64,000 nucleotides of DNA from Squalus acanthias (taxonomy: Eukaryota), in the NCBI GenBank assembly GCA_030390025.1, contig CM059425.1, positions 177,260,001-177,324,000 on the forward strand, read 5' to 3'. Below, piece by piece: positions 61,869-64,000 of this stretch. Each line of letters starts with the position of its first letter. The stretch's first letter is position 1. The notes beneath the pieces were generated by a model, which saw only the letters and a list, made by a program, of their open reading frames with translations, searched no databases and was not told where the DNA came from. A program made the translations under genes and the position numbers.

Positions 61869-62644
61869 GAGTTCGAAGAAGTTCACTGTTCTAGAAGCGG
61901 ATCAACACCAAGAAGAGACCAGAGTAACAGTTCCAGTGACCATCAGACACCTCGTGGCAACAAGGGCCTTACGAAACAACCAACCGAATATTACCACCAA
62001 CCAACCGGGTAATATTGGGCCACCGCGACCAAAGAAAACCAACTCGGGAGAAAACCGAAGATTCGCAAGTTTTCCACTCTGCAATCTATTCCTGACTTAC
62101 CCCTGGGTAAGAATTTTACTTAAAAGACTCTAAACCCTTTTTCTAACAGCAGAAAAGTGGGTACTCACCCGATAAATCCAATACGCAACCTACCGCATCA
62201 GCGGACTCGCGAAGACTGACCAGATACGCAGTCAAAGTCCTCTACCGCGTCCGGGGTATGGCAGGCACCAACCAACACACCCAGCGATACCCGAAACCGC
62301 GAACCAGCTCAACTGTCAAGGATTTGTTTGGTGAGCATTATCCCTGGTCCTCTCGACCCCAACTTAGCTAGTAAAGTGGGATTGGGAGGAGTGAGGTATT
62401 TTTCTACTGTAATTTCCCTCGTGTGTATCGAAGTGTTCCCCATTTTATTAGACTGTTAAGATTATTGTGTTATATTTTCTCTTTTGAATAAAGATCAAAG
62501 TTTCTTGCAACAAAACCAGTTGTCTGCTGCACTTTTTTTGTCACAACCCCAAAATAAGTCCAAGGTCTAGAACCAAGGGAGTGGGAGCGATTCGAACCAC
62601 TTATAAGTCAGAGGTGAAGCTGACACACACCACCACCCCCTACA
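61869..62644 (+). mobile_element. Probable 5'-truncated LTR
   Basis: Non-coding, AATAAA at about 62487, ends in ..CCCCTACA; no 5' TG or TSD found. Confidence 0.45.
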
Positions 62645-62667
62645 TGCAAATGAGCTCATTGTACTTT

Positions 62668-64000
62668 ATTTTTTTATTTTTTTTTATTTGTTTATGGGAT
62701 CTGGGCGTCACTGGCAATGCCAGCATTTATTGCCCATCCCTAGTTGCCCTTGAGAAGGTGGTGGTGAGCCATCTTCTTGAACTGCTGCAGTCCGTGTGGT
62801 GAAGGTACTCCCACAGTGCTATTAGGGAGGGAGTTCCAGGATTTTGACCCAGCGACGATGAAGGATCGGCGATATACTTCTAAGTCAGGATGGTGTGTGA
62901 CTTGGAGGGGAACTTGGAGGTGGTGGTGTTCCCATGCGCCTGCTGCCCTTGTCCTTCTAGGTGGAAGAGGTCGCGGGTTTGGGAGGTGCTGCAGAAGAAG
63001 CCTTGGCGAGTTGCTGCAGTGCATCTTGTAGATGGTACACACTGCAGCCACGGTACGCCGGTGGTGGAGGGAGTGAATGTTTAAGTTGGTGGATGAGGTG
63101 CCAATCAAGTGGGCTGCTTTGTCCTGGATGGTGTTGAGCTTCGTGAGTGTTGTTGGAGCTGCACTCATCCAGGCAAGTGGAGAGTATTCCATCACGCTCA
63201 TTACTTGTGCCTTGTAGATGGTGGAAAGGCTTTGGGGAGTCAGGAGGTGAGACACTCGCCGCAGAATACCTAGCCTCTGACCTGCTCTTGTTGCCACAGT
63301 ATTTATGTGGCTGGTCCAGTTAAGTTTCTGGTTAATGGTGACCCCGAGGATGTTGATAGTGGGGGATTCGGCGATGGTAATGCCATTGAATGTCAAGGGA
63401 AGGTGGTTAGACTCTCGCTTGCTGGAGATAGTCATTGCCTGGCACTTCTGTGGCGCGAATGTTACCTTCCACTTATCAGCCCAAGCTTGAACGTCGTCCA
63501 GGTCTTGTTGCATGCGGGCATGGACTGCTTCATTATCTGTGGAGTTGCGAATGGCACTGAACACTGTGCAGTCATCAGCGACCATCCCCATTTCTGACCT
63601 TATGTTGGAGGGAAGGTCATTGATGAAGCAGCTGAAGATGGTTGGGCCTAGGACACTGCCCTGAGAAACTCCTGCAGCGATGTCCTGGGGCTGTGATGAT
63701 TGACCTTCAACCACCACAACCATCTTCCATTGTGCTAGGTATGACTCCAGCCAGTGGAGCGTTTTCCCCCTGATTCCCATTGACTTCAGTTTTACTAGGG
63801 CTCCTTGATGCCAGACTCGGTCAAATGCTGCCTTGATGTCAAGGGCAGTCACTCTCACCTCACCTCTGGAATTCAGCTCCTTTGTCCATATTTGGACCAA
63901 GGCTGTAATGAGGTCGGGAGCCGAGTGGTCTTGGCGGAACACAAACTGGGCATCAGTGAGCAGGTTATTGGTGAGTAAGTACCGCTTGATAGCACTGTCG
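62668..64000 (-). mobile_element. LINE-B with an open RT/C-terminal ORF (62740 onward), running off the window
   Basis: ALDIKAAFDRVWH, QGSVLGP, VADD, HHHLLKGN*; A-rich tail at 62668-62695. Confidence 0.93.

Overview
Eukaryotic, repeat-saturated DNA, most likely from a cartilaginous fish (shark-type CR1 LINEs with octamer tails, a SacSINE1/DeuSINE-like SINE, shark-type Penelope ends). I found no intact, identifiable cellular gene. Most long ORFs belong to LINEs (CR1 ORF1 esterase, APE endonuclease/RT, a second CR1-superclade family called LINE-B here, L2 relics) or to PIF/Harbinger transposons (DDE transposase plus a convergent three-exon Myb/SANT gene) and their MITEs. A Tigger-type MITE, a hAT-type MITE and LTR relics are also present, and many elements are nested. 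Highlights: (1) a very young Penelope-type insertion forming a perfect 143-bp-arm palindrome that contains a minimal hammerhead ribozyme motif and its own antisense, plus more hammerhead-bearing Penelope ends; (2) a probable 3'-transduction-like event, with LINE body + about 1.6 kb of older cargo + a second LINE tail lying between two adjacent codons of a Harbinger transposase; (3) a Harbinger that keeps an open, spliceable Myb/SANT gene but has no recognisable transposase; (4) phase-compatible + strand exon candidates with nonsense codons across about 4-57 kb, suggesting a decaying unprocessed gene. All calls are by eye, and family names rest on motif recognition rather than database searches.
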